Of a stretch of DNA of 64,000 nt, positions 42,247 to 52,626 are shown piece after piece. The DNA lies in contig CAVUGB010000004.1 in assembly GCA_963740705.1 (NCBI GenBank), positions 631,118-695,117 on the forward strand, given 5' to 3'. Position numbers and translations under genes: made by a program. The notes under the pieces were generated by a model. That model did no database searches and was not told the DNA's origin. It saw only the letters and a program-made list of their open reading frames with translations. The DNA is from an uncultured Actinomycetota bacterium (GTDB taxonomy: Bacteria; Actinomycetota; Actinomycetes; Propionibacteriales; Propionibacteriaceae). Every line of letters begins with the position of its first letter. Within the stretch, counting starts at the first letter, position 1.

Positions 42247-44368
42247 ATGCAAACCTTGACTGATATCGCCGAAGTGACGAGCGCCCCCGCTGAAGGCGGA
42301 AGTGGCGTCGTCCGCAAGCGAAAGGGCTCTGGCCTGGACTCGATGGTCCTGCCCGAGCTCAAGCAGCTGGCCAGCTCGCTGGGCCTTCGCGGCACCGGCG
42401 CCATGCGCAAGGGCCAGCTGATCGACGCCATCCAGTCCGCGCAGAGCGGATCCAACCGGGGTGGGTCGAGCAACGGCGGCTCGGGCAGCGGAAACGCCTC
42501 CGGTCGCGACGGATCCGGTGGATCTGAACCTCGGTCAGAGACGTCCGCGCCGGCGGCTGCACCGGCCGTCGAGGCCCCGCAGCGTCGCAACGACGATGTG
42601 GCCAGTGCTCTCGACGAGCTCCAGCGAGCCCCCCGCGAGGAGGTGTCGCGCCGCGAGGAGGTCACTTCTCGGCCCAGCAGCGACGGCCCGCAGCCGGAGC
42701 TCGTCACCGCGCCGCAGCGTGACACCGAGTCCGATCGCAGCGAGGGCGGCGGCGACTCATCCGGCCGCGACGACGAACGCCCCGACCAGGGCGGCCAGAA
42801 CGAGCGGCGCAACCGTCGCAACGGCAACCAGAACCGCGACGGCAATCAGAACCAGAACCGCGACGGTAATCAGAACCAGAACCGCGACGGCAACCAGAAC
42901 CGCGACGGCAACCAGAACCGCGACGGTAACCAGAACCGGGACAACGTCGACCGGGGTAACCAGGGTCGCGACAACCAGAACCAGAACCGCGACAACGCCG
43001 ATCGCGGCAACCAGGACCGCGACAACCAGAACCAGAACCGCGACAACGCCGATCGTGGCAACCAGAACCGCGACACAGGTCCGACGCGGGAGAGCCAGAG
43101 CCGCGACTGGGACGACGACGGTGGCGGTCGCCGTGGCCGGCGTCGGCGCAGCCGGGACCGTCAGGGGCGGCGCAGCAACCGCACCTCCGGTGGCAACGTC
43201 GGCATGGAGCGCTACGAGGCTGACCCCACGGTGTCCGACGACGACGTGCTGGTGCCGGCCCGCGGCATCTTGGACGTGCTCGACAACTACGCCTTCGTCC
43301 GGACCTCCGGCTACCTGCCCGGTCCTGAGGACGCGTACGTCTCGCTCTCGATGGTCAAGAAGTTCGGCCTGCGCAAGGGCGACGTGATCACCGGTGTCAT
43401 CAAAGCGTCCAAGGACGGAGACCGGAAAGAGAAGTTCAACCCGCTGGTCCGGCTCGAGACCGTCAACGGCGGCGATCCGGAGCAGGCCAAGGGCCGGGTC
43501 GAGTTCGGCAAGCTGACCCCGCTCTACCCGCAGGAGCGGCTCAAGCTGGAGACCACCCCGACCAACATGACCGGTCGCATCATCGACCTCGTCTGCCCGG
43601 TGGGCAAAGGACAGCGTGGTCTGATCGTCTCGCCGTCCAAGGCCGGCAAGACGATGATCATGCAGTCGATCGCCAATGCCATCAGCACCAACAACCCAGA
43701 AGTCCACCTCATGGTCGTGCTGGTCGACGAGCGTCCGGAGGAGGTCACCGACTTCCAGCGAGCCGTCCAGGGCGAGGTCATCGCCTCGACCTTCGACCGT
43801 CCGGCCGACGATCACACCACGGTCGCCGAGCTGGCCATCGAGCGGGCCAAACGGCTGGTCGAGTCCGGCCGCGACGTCGTCGTGCTGCTCGACGGCATCA
43901 CCCGGCTGGGTCGCGCCTACAACATCGCAGCCCCGGCCAGTGGACGGATCCTGTCCGGTGGTGTCGACTCGGCTGCGCTCTATCCGCCGAAGAAGTTCTT
44001 CGGAGCTGCGCGCAACATCGAGGGCGGCGGCTCGCTGACGATCCTGGCCACGGCCTTGATCGAGACCGGCTCGAAGATGGACGAGGTGATCTTCGAGGAG
44101 TTCAAGGGCACCGGCAACATGGAGCTGCGGCTTGCGGCGGGAGTTCTCCGAGAAGCGCATCTTCCCGGCCATCGACGTCGACGCCTCCAGCACGCGCCGC
44201 GAGGAGCTGTTGATGAGCCGCGAGGAGTTGGCCATCGTGTGGAAGCTGCGACGCGTCCTCTCCGGCCTGGACAATCTCCAGGGCCTGGAGATGCTGCTCG
44301 ATCGGCTGCGCAAGACGCAGAGCAACCACGAGTTCCTGGCCGCGATCACCAAGAACATCCCGCAGTAG
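42247..44368 (+). CDS. rho: Transcription termination factor Rho with a large N-terminal insertion; frameshift near 44132
   Basis: Rho-N region [40 protein letters not shown] and [11 protein letters not shown]; C-terminus RIFPAID..TRREELL in ORF 44132-44368. Confidence 0.95.
42820..43075 (+). repeat. Coding tandem repeat, (NQNRDG)n and ([12 protein letters not shown])n, within the Rho insertion
   Basis: Repeated AACCAGAACCGCGAC units of 18, 24 and about 48 nt. Confidence 0.9.
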
Positions 44369-44499
44369 TCGGCGGCTGGCATAGCCGGTTCAGCAGCCCG
44401 GGCTGGTCGAAGGGCCGGCGCCGGGGCGGGACTAAATAGCCACCCGTAGTAGTTGTGAGTTTGGAGCCGTGGGGAGATCTGCGGCAAACTAACCCCTTG

Positions 44500-44545
44500 G
44501 TGCCGGTTCACGTCCGATACGCAATCCGCGTGGGCGACCCGGTGC
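44500..44545 (+). promoter_or_regulatory. Structured rpmE leader resembling the actinobacterial L31 ribosomal leader
   Basis: GTGCCGG-TTCA-CGTCC...GGGCG-ACC-CGGTGC stem just upstream of the rpmE Shine-Dalgarno. Confidence 0.65.
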
Positions 44546-44564
44546 AGAGATAAGAGGAGAGATC

Positions 44565-44783
44565 ATGAAGCCCGACATCCATCCCGCCTACGGCGAGACC
44601 CAGGTGACCTGCACCTGTGGCAACACGTTCACCACCCGCAGCACTGCCGCGAACGGTGTCATCCGTTCCGAAGTGTGCTCGGCCTGCCACCCGTTCTACA
44701 CGGGCAAGCAGAAGATCCTCGACACCGGCGGCCGCGTTGCCCGGTTCGAGAAGCGGTACGCCGCCAAGAAGGCTGCCAAGTAG
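44565..44783 (+). CDS. rpmE: 50S ribosomal protein L31, zinc-binding type
   Basis: MKPDIHP, CTCG and [13 protein letters not shown]. Confidence 0.97.
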   Translation: MKPDIHPAYGETQVTCTCGNTFTTRSTAANGVIRSEVCSACHPFYTGKQKILDTGGRVARFEKRYAAKKAAK

Positions 44784-44790
44784 CTTCAAC

Positions 44791-44840
44791 CAGCGCCGGG
44801 AGGCAGGGTTTCGATCCTGCCTCCCGGCGCTGTTGCTTGT
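44791..44840 (+). terminator. Hairpin downstream of rpmE
   Basis: 17-bp perfect stem CAGCGCCGGGAGGCAGG/CCTGCCTCCCGGCGCTG around a TTCG loop, followed by TTGCTTGT. Confidence 0.75.
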
Positions 44841-44937
44841 CAGGGGTCGAGGAGCAGACACGCTTTTTCGTCTGCGAGCGAGTGAGGAAGACAGCATCAC
44901 CAGGCCCGAACCGGGCGCGAACAGAGAGGAAGACACA

Positions 44938-46020
44938 GTGTTCGAGTCGGCGGCCCACCTGCGCGATGAGTTCGGCGAGCTCGAGAAGGCACTGTCCGAT
45001 CCGGCGGTGCACTCCGACATCGCTCGGGCCCGCAAGGTCGGCCGGCGGTATGCGGAGCTGACACCGATCGTCAAGGCCTTGGACGAGTACCACCGCCTGA
45101 CCGACGACCTGGCCGCGGCGCGTGAGCTGGCTGCCGACGACGAGACGTTCGCCGCCGAAGCCGACGATCTCCAGGCCCGGCTGGGACCGGTCGTCGAGCG
45201 GCTGACGAAGCTGCTCGCGCCCCGCGACCCCAATGACTCCTCCGACGCGTTGGTCGAGATCAAGTCGGGCGAGGGCGGCGAGGAGTCGGCCTTGTTCGCC
45301 GGGGACCTGCTCAAGATGTACAGCCGATATGCGGAGACCCGCGGCTGGAAGGTGGAGGTCCTGGACGCCCAGGAGACCGATCTCGGGGGCTACCGGTCGG
45401 TCACGGTGGCGATCAAGGCGTCGTCGGTCGGCGAGCCGGACCAGATGCCGTACGGGGTCTTGAAGTTCGAAGGTGGGGTGCACCGCGTGCAGCGGGTGCC
45501 GGTGACCGAGTCGCAGGGCCGAGTGCACACCTCCGCCGCCGGCGTGCTGGTGATGCCCGAGGTCGAGGAGACCGAGGTCGCGATCAACGACGACGACCTG
45601 CGGATCGACGTCTACCGGTCGTCCGGCCCGGGTGGTCAGGGCGTCAACACGACCGACTCGGCTGTGCGAATCACCCACCTGCCGACCGGCATCGTCGTCT
45701 CCATGCAGAACGAGCGCTCCCAGTTGCAGAACCGTGAGCAGGCCATGCGGATGTTGCGGTCCCGGTTGATCGCGGCGGCGGAGGAGGAGGCGGCCAGTGC
45801 GGCGTCCTCGGCCCGCCGCAGCCAGGTCCGTACGGTCGACCGCTCTGAGCGGATCCGCACCTACAACTTTCCCGAGAACCGGATCTCCGACCACCGGATC
45901 GGCTTCAAGGCCTACAACCTCGACCAGGTGCTCAACGGTGACCTGCAGGCGGTCGTCACCGCGTTGCAGGAGGCCGACACCGCCGAACGCCTCGATCAGG
46001 TCGGCGACACCCACCCGTGA
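44938..46020 (+). CDS. prfA: Peptide chain release factor 1
   Basis: RVQRVPVTE (PxT motif) and [14 protein letters not shown]. Confidence 0.96.
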   Translation: MFESAAHLRDEFGELEKALSDPAVHSDIARARKVGRRYAELTPIVKALDEYHRLTDDLAAARELAADDETFAAEADDLQARLGPVVERLTKLLAPRDPNDSSDALVEIKSGEGGEESALFAGDLLKMYSRYAETRGWKVEVLDAQETDLGGYRSVTVAIKASSVGEPDQMPYGVLKFEGGVHRVQRVPVTESQGRVHTSAAGVLVMPEVEETEVAINDDDLRIDVYRSSGPGGQGVNTTDSAVRITHLPTGIVVSMQNERSQLQNREQAMRMLRSRLIAAAEEEAASAASSARRSQVRTVDRSERIRTYNFPENRISDHRIGFKAYNLDQVLNGDLQAVVTALQEADTAERLDQVGDTHP

Positions 46021-46871
46021 ACGTGCGTCCACTGCTCGTCGATGCGGTCGCTCGGCTGCAGGCCGCGGGCGTCGAGACCCCGCAGTCGGACGCGCGGATC
46101 CTGCTGGCCCACGCGGCGGGGGTGGAGCTCGCGCGGCTGCCGTTGCTGGACCAGGTCGACGACGCTCAGGCGGACGAGTTCGAGCAGATGATCATGCTCC
46201 GGGAACGCCGCATCCCGGTCCAGCACCTGACCGGTCGGGCCCACTTCCGCTATCTCGACCTCGAGGTCGGCCCCGGGGTCTTCGTCCCGCGACCGGAGAC
46301 CGAGGTGATGACCGGCTGGGCGATCGAGCGGTTGAGGCCGATGATCACCCTGCACCACCGGCCGCTGGTCGTCGAGCTCTGTGCCGGCTCGGGCGCCATC
46401 TCGAAAGCGATCACCACCGAGCTGACCCGGGTCGACATCCATGCCGTCGAGCTGTCCGAGAACGCGGCGGCGTACGCCTTCCGCAACCTGGCTGACACCC
46501 TCGTCGAGCTGCACGTGCAGGACATGGCCACGTCGTTGCCCGAGCTCGACGGAACCGTCGACCTGGTGATCGCCAACCCGCCCTACATCCCGCTGGAAGC
46601 GTTCGAGTCCGTGGCTCCCGAGGCTCGTGATCATGATCCGACGCTGGCGTTGTTCTCCGGGCACGATGGTCTGGACGCGATCAAGGTCGTCGTCCAGGTT
46701 GCTGCGCGGTTGCTCCGTCCGGCCGGTCTGCTCTGCTTCGAGCACGCCGATGTGCAGGGCGAGTCGGCGCCGGCGGTGGTGGCCGCCACCGAGGCGTTCA
46801 CCGCCGTACGCGATCATCGCGACCTCGCCGGTCGACCGCGCTTCGTGACCGCTGTCCGTCGATCGCGCTGA
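46017..46871 (+). CDS. prmC: Release factor glutamine methyltransferase
   Basis: [18 protein letters not shown] and NPPY. Confidence 0.95.
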   Translation: MNVRPLLVDAVARLQAAGVETPQSDARILLAHAAGVELARLPLLDQVDDAQADEFEQMIMLRERRIPVQHLTGRAHFRYLDLEVGPGVFVPRPETEVMTGWAIERLRPMITLHHRPLVVELCAGSGAISKAITTELTRVDIHAVELSENAAAYAFRNLADTLVELHVQDMATSLPELDGTVDLVIANPPYIPLEAFESVAPEARDHDPTLALFSGHDGLDAIKVVVQVAARLLRPAGLLCFEHADVQGESAPAVVAATEAFTAVRDHRDLAGRPRFVTAVRRSR

Positions 46872-46927
46872 CTCGCTGCGGTGTCGAACGCGCGGTCGAG
46901 CCCGGCGACTCTGGCAGGATTGGCCGG

Positions 46928-47765
46928 GTGAGCGAAACGGCCGAGGAACCCGAGAACGAGGGCTATCAGCGTTTCGACTGCACGGTGGACGATCTCGACC
47001 TGATCGCGGCTGCTTCCGAGGCGGCGCGGGAGGCGATCGAGCGGGGCGAGTGCGTGGTGCTGCCCACCGACACCGTGTACGGCATCGGTGCCGATGCGTT
47101 CAACGCCGAGGCCGTGCAACGGTTGCTCGATGCCAAGCAGCGTGGCCGGGACATGCCGCCGCCGGTGCTGATCGGCGATGCCAGCCTGATCCGCGCGCTG
47201 GCCACCGAGGTGCCAGACCTGGCCCGGGAGCTGGTCGAGAAGCACTGGCCCGGACCGTTGACGGTGATCTGCAAGATCCAGCCCAGCCTGCGGATGGACC
47301 TCGGCGAGACCGAGGGATCGATCGCGCTGCGGGTCCCTGATCACGACCTGACCCGGGAGATCTTGCGGCGTACGGGCCCGATGGCCGTCAGCAGCGCCAA
47401 CCTCAGCGGCCAGTCCGCTGCCTTGACCTGTGACGAGGCCGTGGCTCAGCTCGGCGACAGTGTGGCGGTCTATCTGGACGGGGGAGCCGTCGGCGGCGCC
47501 ACCGGTGCCCCGTCCACGATCGTCGACTTCACCCAGAGCGACGACGGCGAGATCCGTGCGGCACGGCGCGCTGAGCGTCGAGGTGCTGCGCGAAACGCTG
47601 CCGGACGTCGAGGACCTCACCACGCCGCCGGCGGCGGATTCGACAAGCCAGAGGACGGCTCTCGACAAGCTCAGAGAGCGGCTCTTCGACAAGCTCAGAG
47701 GCGGGGACGGCTCTTCGACGAGCTCAGAGGACGAGCTCAGAGGACGGGGACGCGAGCGCGGCTGA
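46928..47765 (+). CDS. tsaC: L-threonylcarbamoyladenylate synthase (Sua5/YrdC); frameshift near 47555, 3' end uncertain
   Basis: PTDTVYG, KQRG, WPGPLT, SSANLSG and PSTIVD. Confidence 0.9.
47640..47742 (+). repeat. Five tandem copies of a TCGAC(A/G)AGCTCAGAG motif, REP-like
   Basis: Copies at about 47640, 47662, 47686, 47715 and 47730 (partial). Confidence 0.8.
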
Positions 47766-47809
47766 GGTTGATCCGAATCGAGCCGGACTTGTTCAGCGGG
47801 GACCGCTGA

Positions 47810-48943
47810 GTGCGCGAGTACCTCCTGGTCCTGCTGATCGCCGCCGCGGTCACCTACCTGGTCAGCGGGCTGTGCCGGCGACTGGCGCTCCGGCTGGGTG
47901 CGCTGGCCAAGGTTCGCGACCGGGACGTGCACACCATCGAGATGCCGTACTTCGGCGGAGTCGCGATGCTGGCCGGCGTCGTCGCCGCGGTGGTGATGGC
48001 GTGGCAGCTGCCGTTCCTGGGTGGTGACCCGATCGTGCAGCAGGACTCCCGGGGCGTCATCGCCGCTGCGGTGGTGATCTGTCTGGTCGGTGTGCTCGAC
48101 GACGTCTTCGACCTGCCCGCCTCGGCCAAGTTCGCCGGTCAGATCCTAGCGGCCGGCATCGCCGTGGCGCTCGGGGTCAAGATGCTGTGGATCTCGGTGC
48201 CCGGTGTGGTCATCTCGCTGAACAGCCCGGCATCGGTCGCCATCACCGTCTTCTTCATCGTGCTGTGCTCCAACGCGGTCAACTTCGTCGACGGACTCGA
48301 CGGGCTGGCCACCGGAGTGGTCGGGATCGGGGCCATGGCCTTCTTCGCCTACTCCTACCTGCTGACCGTGACCGAGGACCTCACCCGGGCCACCACGTCG
48401 AGCTTGATCACCGTGGCGATCGCCGGGGCCTGTCTGGGCTTCCTGCCCCACAACTTCTTCCCGGCGCGGATGTTCATGGGCGACTCGGGAGCCATGCTGC
48501 TCGGTCTGCTGCTGGCCACCTCGACGATCAGCCTGACCGGCCAGATCGACACCTCGCAGCTCGACGACCCCACCCGCGGGCTGGTCCCGACCGTGCTGCC
48601 GCTGGTCCTGCCCCTGGCCATCTTGGCCTTGCCCTTCCTCGACCTGGTGCTGGCCTTCGTCCGCCGGACCTACGCCGGCAAGTGGTGGTTCGTCGCTGAC
48701 AAGCAGCACCTGCACCACCGGCTGCTCGAACGCGGCCACAGCCAGCGCCGGGCCGTGATGCTGATGTACATCTGGTCGGCTCTGGTCTCCTTCGGGGTGA
48801 TCATCCTCGGGCTGGTGCGCACCGATCGGCAGTGGGCCGTCGTGGCGGTCGGGGCCGTCTGCGCCCTGGTGCTGCTGCTGGTCACGCTAGGGCGCCCGGT
48901 GAAGGAACGCGCACCCGTACGCCGCGGCGAATCCCTGCCCTGA
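47810..48943 (+). CDS. wecA: Polyprenyl-phosphate GlcNAc-1-phosphate transferase (WecA/MraY family)
   Basis: RDRDVH, GVLDD, NAVNFVDGLDGLA, FMGDSG and HLHHRL. Confidence 0.88.
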   Translation: MREYLLVLLIAAAVTYLVSGLCRRLALRLGALAKVRDRDVHTIEMPYFGGVAMLAGVVAAVVMAWQLPFLGGDPIVQQDSRGVIAAAVVICLVGVLDDVFDLPASAKFAGQILAAGIAVALGVKMLWISVPGVVISLNSPASVAITVFFIVLCSNAVNFVDGLDGLATGVVGIGAMAFFAYSYLLTVTEDLTRATTSSLITVAIAGACLGFLPHNFFPARMFMGDSGAMLLGLLLATSTISLTGQIDTSQLDDPTRGLVPTVLPLVLPLAILALPFLDLVLAFVRRTYAGKWWFVADKQHLHHRLLERGHSQRRAVMLMYIWSALVSFGVIILGLVRTDRQWAVVAVGAVCALVLLLVTLGRPVKERAPVRRGESLP

Positions 48944-49108
48944 CCCGACATCTGAGAATCCTCGGACACGGCAGACCTCCCGGCCACTGGTTCGTTCTTT
49001 TGTGCTAGTTTTCACAAACGCCTTCAGCCGTTACGACGACGTTTCACCTCGTCTTCGTGGGCAGAGGCCCGCCAGTTCCGACTCCCCACGAAGGACTGTT
49101 CCGCCCCC

Positions 49109-49602
49109 ATGACTGTCGACAGCCGATCTGAGCTCAGCGTGCCTGCGCCCGGACCCAGCGTGCACGTGGTGCGCGCCCGGAAGCTGTTGTTGGGTGGGCT
49201 CATCGGTGGCGTCGGGGCATCGGTGATCAGTGTGGTCATCTTGACCCTGGTCTACGGTCGCAGCGGCTTGGTGTCATCCCTGCTGGCGGCCGGCATGGTC
49301 TTGTTCTTCTACGGGGTCGGTCAGCTGGTGATGGTCGGTTCGCCGACGCCGGTGCGCGGACGTTGCTGATGGTCTCGCTGATGAGCTACACCACGCGGAT
49401 CGTCGTTCTCGGTCTGGTGCTGCTGTTCTACCAGCGCAACGCCGAGCGGTGGCCGTCGCTGACCCCGATCGCCGTCTTCATCACCACCATGGCGGTGGTG
49501 GCCGGATGGTTGGTGGTCGAGGTGCTGGTCTTCTCCCGGTTGCGAATCGGGGCCTACGACACCGAGTACGTGCCCCCGTCCACGTCGGAATCCGATCAGT
49601 GA
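49109..49602 (+). CDS. AtpI-like 4-TM membrane protein at the start of the atp operon; frameshift near 49340
   Basis: Two hydrophobic ORFs (49109-49369 and 49363-49602) join into one membrane protein upstream of atpB. Confidence 0.6.
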
Positions 49603-49651
49603 CCCAGACCACGAGGACTGCTAGCGTGTTCCACGCCATGACCGACGCAGG

Positions 49652-50035
49652 GTGATGTTGACCAAGGACAAGCCGGCTTCGCAGAGCAGCGACAAGCTCG
49701 CCGGCATGAACCAGGGCATGCGCGTCTTGTCGTACCTGATCTCCGGGGTCGCGGTCTACGGCTTCCTGGGTTGGCTGGGGGACCACTTCTTGAGGACCAG
49801 CTTCTTGCTGCCGATGGGCATCGTCCTCGGCGCTGCGCTGGGGATCTACATGATCATCCGCCGCTTCGGCCAGGTCGACGATCATGATCTGGTTCAGCTC
49901 GGCGCCGAGCGTCGGCGGCGGTCCGCGGGCTTGCGCCCTCGTGGCGTCAGCCGCTCGGCAGGGCAGGACCACGGTGACCAGGTGAGCACGGCACGGCCAG
50001 CACGTTCGATCGACATGACGGAGGGAGACCGGTGA
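49652..50035 (+). CDS. AtpZ/AtpI-family small membrane protein; boundaries uncertain
   Basis: SYLISGVAVYGFLGWLGDHFL..GIVLGAALGIY. Confidence 0.72.
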   Translation: MMLTKDKPASQSSDKLAGMNQGMRVLSYLISGVAVYGFLGWLGDHFLRTSFLLPMGIVLGAALGIYMIIRRFGQVDDHDLVQLGAERRRRSAGLRPRGVSRSAGQDHGDQVSTARPARSIDMTEGDR

Positions 50036-50825
50036 GCGGCCTGTTGAGCCTGATGCCGTTGGAGGGTTTCGAACCGCCCGGAGTAGGTAGCTTCGATCTG
50101 CCGCCGATCTTCGAGGGCGTGCCCTGGTTCGACAAGTACATGTTGCAGGCCACGGTCTCGGTGATCTTGATCCTCGCCTTCTGGTTGATCATGGCGCGCA
50201 AGAACGCGCTGGTGCCGAGCAAGTCCCAGTTCATCGGGGAGACGGCGTACTTCTTCGTCCGGAACTCGATCGCCCGGGACATGATCGGACACGACTTCCG
50301 GAAGTACCTGCCGCTGCTGATCGCCTTGTTCTCGTTCGTGCTGGTCAACAACCTGTGGGGCATCTTCCCGCTGACCCTGCTGCCGACCGCATCGCACGTC
50401 GGATGGGCGTACGGTCTGGCCGGTCTCGTCTGGATCATCTACAACGGGGTCGGCATCGCCAAGCACGGGCCGTTGGGCTACGTCAAGCACACCGTGCTTC
50501 CGGCTGGTGTGCCCAAGGCGATGTGGCCGTTGATCATCCCGCTGGAGTTCTTGTCCAACATCATCATCCGGCCGATGACCCTGTCCTTGCGACTCTTCGC
50601 CAACATGTTCGCCGGTCACCTCCTGGTGCTGGTCTTCGTGCTGGGCGGCGAGTACCTGGTGCTGCACAGCGACACGATCGTCAACAAGATCGCCGGCGGT
50701 CGCGGCCTGGATCTTCACGCATGGCGATCTTCGCCCTGGAGATCTTCGTCCAGTCCCTGCAGGCGTTCATCTTCGCCCTTCTGACCGCCCAATACATCTC
50801 GTCGGCTGCTGCCGAAGAGCACTGA
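50032..50825 (+). CDS. atpB: F0 ATP synthase subunit a; frameshift near 50710
   Basis: [17 protein letters not shown]; C-terminus [21 protein letters not shown] in the next frame. Confidence 0.93.
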
Positions 50826-50874
50826 TCCACACTTTTCCCTGAAACACAGCGGAAAGACTGAAAGGAAGCAGTTC

Positions 50875-51108
50875 ATGGTTCCAATGGAACTCGTCGGGTC
50901 GCTCGGCATCGTCGGCTACGGCCTCGGCGCGATCGGCCCCGGTATCGGCGTCGGTCTGATCTTCGCCTCGGTGATCCAGGGCACCGCCCGTCAGCCCGAG
51001 GCGCGGGGCGCCATGATGGGCACCGCCTGGATCGGCTTCGCGGTGACTGAGGCGCTGGCGATCATCGGTATCGCGCTCGCCTTCGTCTTCGGCTTCACCG
51101 GACAGTGA
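50875..51108 (+). CDS. atpE: F0 ATP synthase subunit c, H+-type
   Basis: GPGIGVG, ARQPE and essential Glu in VTEAL. Confidence 0.96.
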   Translation: MVPMELVGSLGIVGYGLGAIGPGIGVGLIFASVIQGTARQPEARGAMMGTAWIGFAVTEALAIIGIALAFVFGFTGQ

Positions 51109-51121
51109 GCGAGCGGTCGCG

Positions 51122-51672
51122 ATGACCATCCTGTCTCATCCCGCTGGCCACGGAGAACCCGCTGGCGCCAGCACCGCTCGAGATCATCATGGCGGTGATC
51201 TTCGCTCTGCTGCTGACGTTGGTGATCGCCAAGGCGGTCGTGCCGCGCTTCGAGGCGACGTACGCCGAGCGTACGGCGGCGATCCAGGGCGGCATCGAGA
51301 AGGCGGAGAAGGCCCAGGAAGCGGCCGAAGCTGCGCTGCAGCAGTACAACGAGCAGCTTGCCGAGGCCCGCACCGAGGCGGCCCGGATCCGCGAGGACGC
51401 CAAGACCCAGGGCACCCAGATCCTGGCCGAGCTCCGTGAGCAGGCTCAGGCCGAAGCGGCTCGGATCAAGGCCCAGGGCGAGGCCCAGCTCGAGGCCGAG
51501 CGCGCGCAGGTGATGACCCAGCTGCGCAACGAGATCGGCGGCCTGGCGACCACCCTGGCCAGCCGGATCGTCGGAGAGTCGCTGACCGACGACGAGCGGG
51601 CCCGCCGCACGGTCGACCGTTTCCTCGCCGACCTGGAGAATGACGGACAGCCAGTCAGCGGGCGCCCGGTGA
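51122..51672 (+). CDS. atpF: F0 ATP synthase subunit b; frameshift near 51135, reads in frame into atpH as assembled
   Basis: TM helix, ERTAAIQGGIEKAE coiled coil and RIVGESL..TVDRFLADL. Confidence 0.88.
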
Positions 51673-52536
51673 GCGTCGCCAGCGAAGCACGCACCTCCGA
51701 GCTCGACCACGTGCTCGATCAGCTGATCGAGCGCGGTAACGCGGACCGCAACCTGGTCCAGAGCGTGGTCGACCGGCTGACCGGGGCTCCGACCGAGGCC
51801 GACGTGGCCAGCCTGGCCGGCGACCTGTTCGCTGTGGTCGACGCCTTGGACTCGTCGACGGCTCTGCGCCGGGCGTTGACCGATCCGGCCACACCGGCGT
51901 CGAACCGGCAGCAGCTGGCTCACAACGTGTTGGACGGAAAGGTCTCCGGTGCCGCCGTCCAGGTCGTGGCCGAGGCGGTCGAGCTCCGCTGGGGCGGCGG
52001 TCGCGCGATGGTCGACGGCGATCGAGCGGCAGGCGGTTCGCGCCGAGTTGATCGCGGCCGACCACGACGGCGGCCTGGAGGAGACCGAGGACGAGCTGTT
52101 CCGGTTCGCCCGGCTGGTCGAGTCCAACCCCGGCCTGCGCAACGCGTTGGCCGATCGGCGCGTCGCGGTCTCGGCTCGCCAGGACCTGGTCGGCGAGCTG
52201 CTCGCCGGTCGCGCGACCTCGGCGACCCTGGCCCTGGCCAAGCGGGCGGTGGCCGCGCGCGAGCGTACGTTCGCCCACACCATCGAGGGCTTCGTCACGC
52301 TGGCTGCGGCCCAGAAGAACCGGGTGGTTGCCACGGTGCGGGTGGCCAAGCCGCTGGAACCCGACCAACGAGACCGGTTGCGGGCCTCGTTGCGCACGCA
52401 GGTCGGCCGCGAGGTCGCCATCCAGGAGATCGTCGATCCCGGCGTCCTCGGTGGCATCCGGGTCGAGTTCGGCGACGACGTGATCGAAGGCACCGTAGCC
52501 GGCCGGCTCGAGTCCGCTCGACGCCTGTTCGGTTGA
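51669..52536 (+). CDS. atpH: F1 ATP synthase subunit delta; frameshift near 52015
   Basis: LRRALTDP, EDELFRFARLV and VDPGVLGGIRVEFGDDVIEGTV. Confidence 0.9.
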
Positions 52537-52626
52537 CCCGACCCGCAAGATCGTTTCACCCGCAACTGGTAGACCCAAGTAACTGACAGCTAAATCTCTT
52601 AGATACGAGAGCAGGAATCACAGGCG

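Noticed and set aside
42820-43075. Possible CRISPR or non-coding repeat array
   Set aside because: Unit lengths are multiples of three and lie in frame within rho.
44120-44145. Programmed frameshift in rho, and likewise in lysA or atpB
   Set aside because: No slippery sequence or stimulatory structure is evident, and indels are scattered across many genes.
47640-47742. Possible CRISPR array
   Set aside because: Repeats are only about 15 nt, linkers are 0-14 nt and similar to each other, and no cas genes are present.
50875-51108. Na+-translocating ATP synthase
   Set aside because: Subunit c has E-A rather than the E-S/T plus upstream Q signature of Na+ rings.
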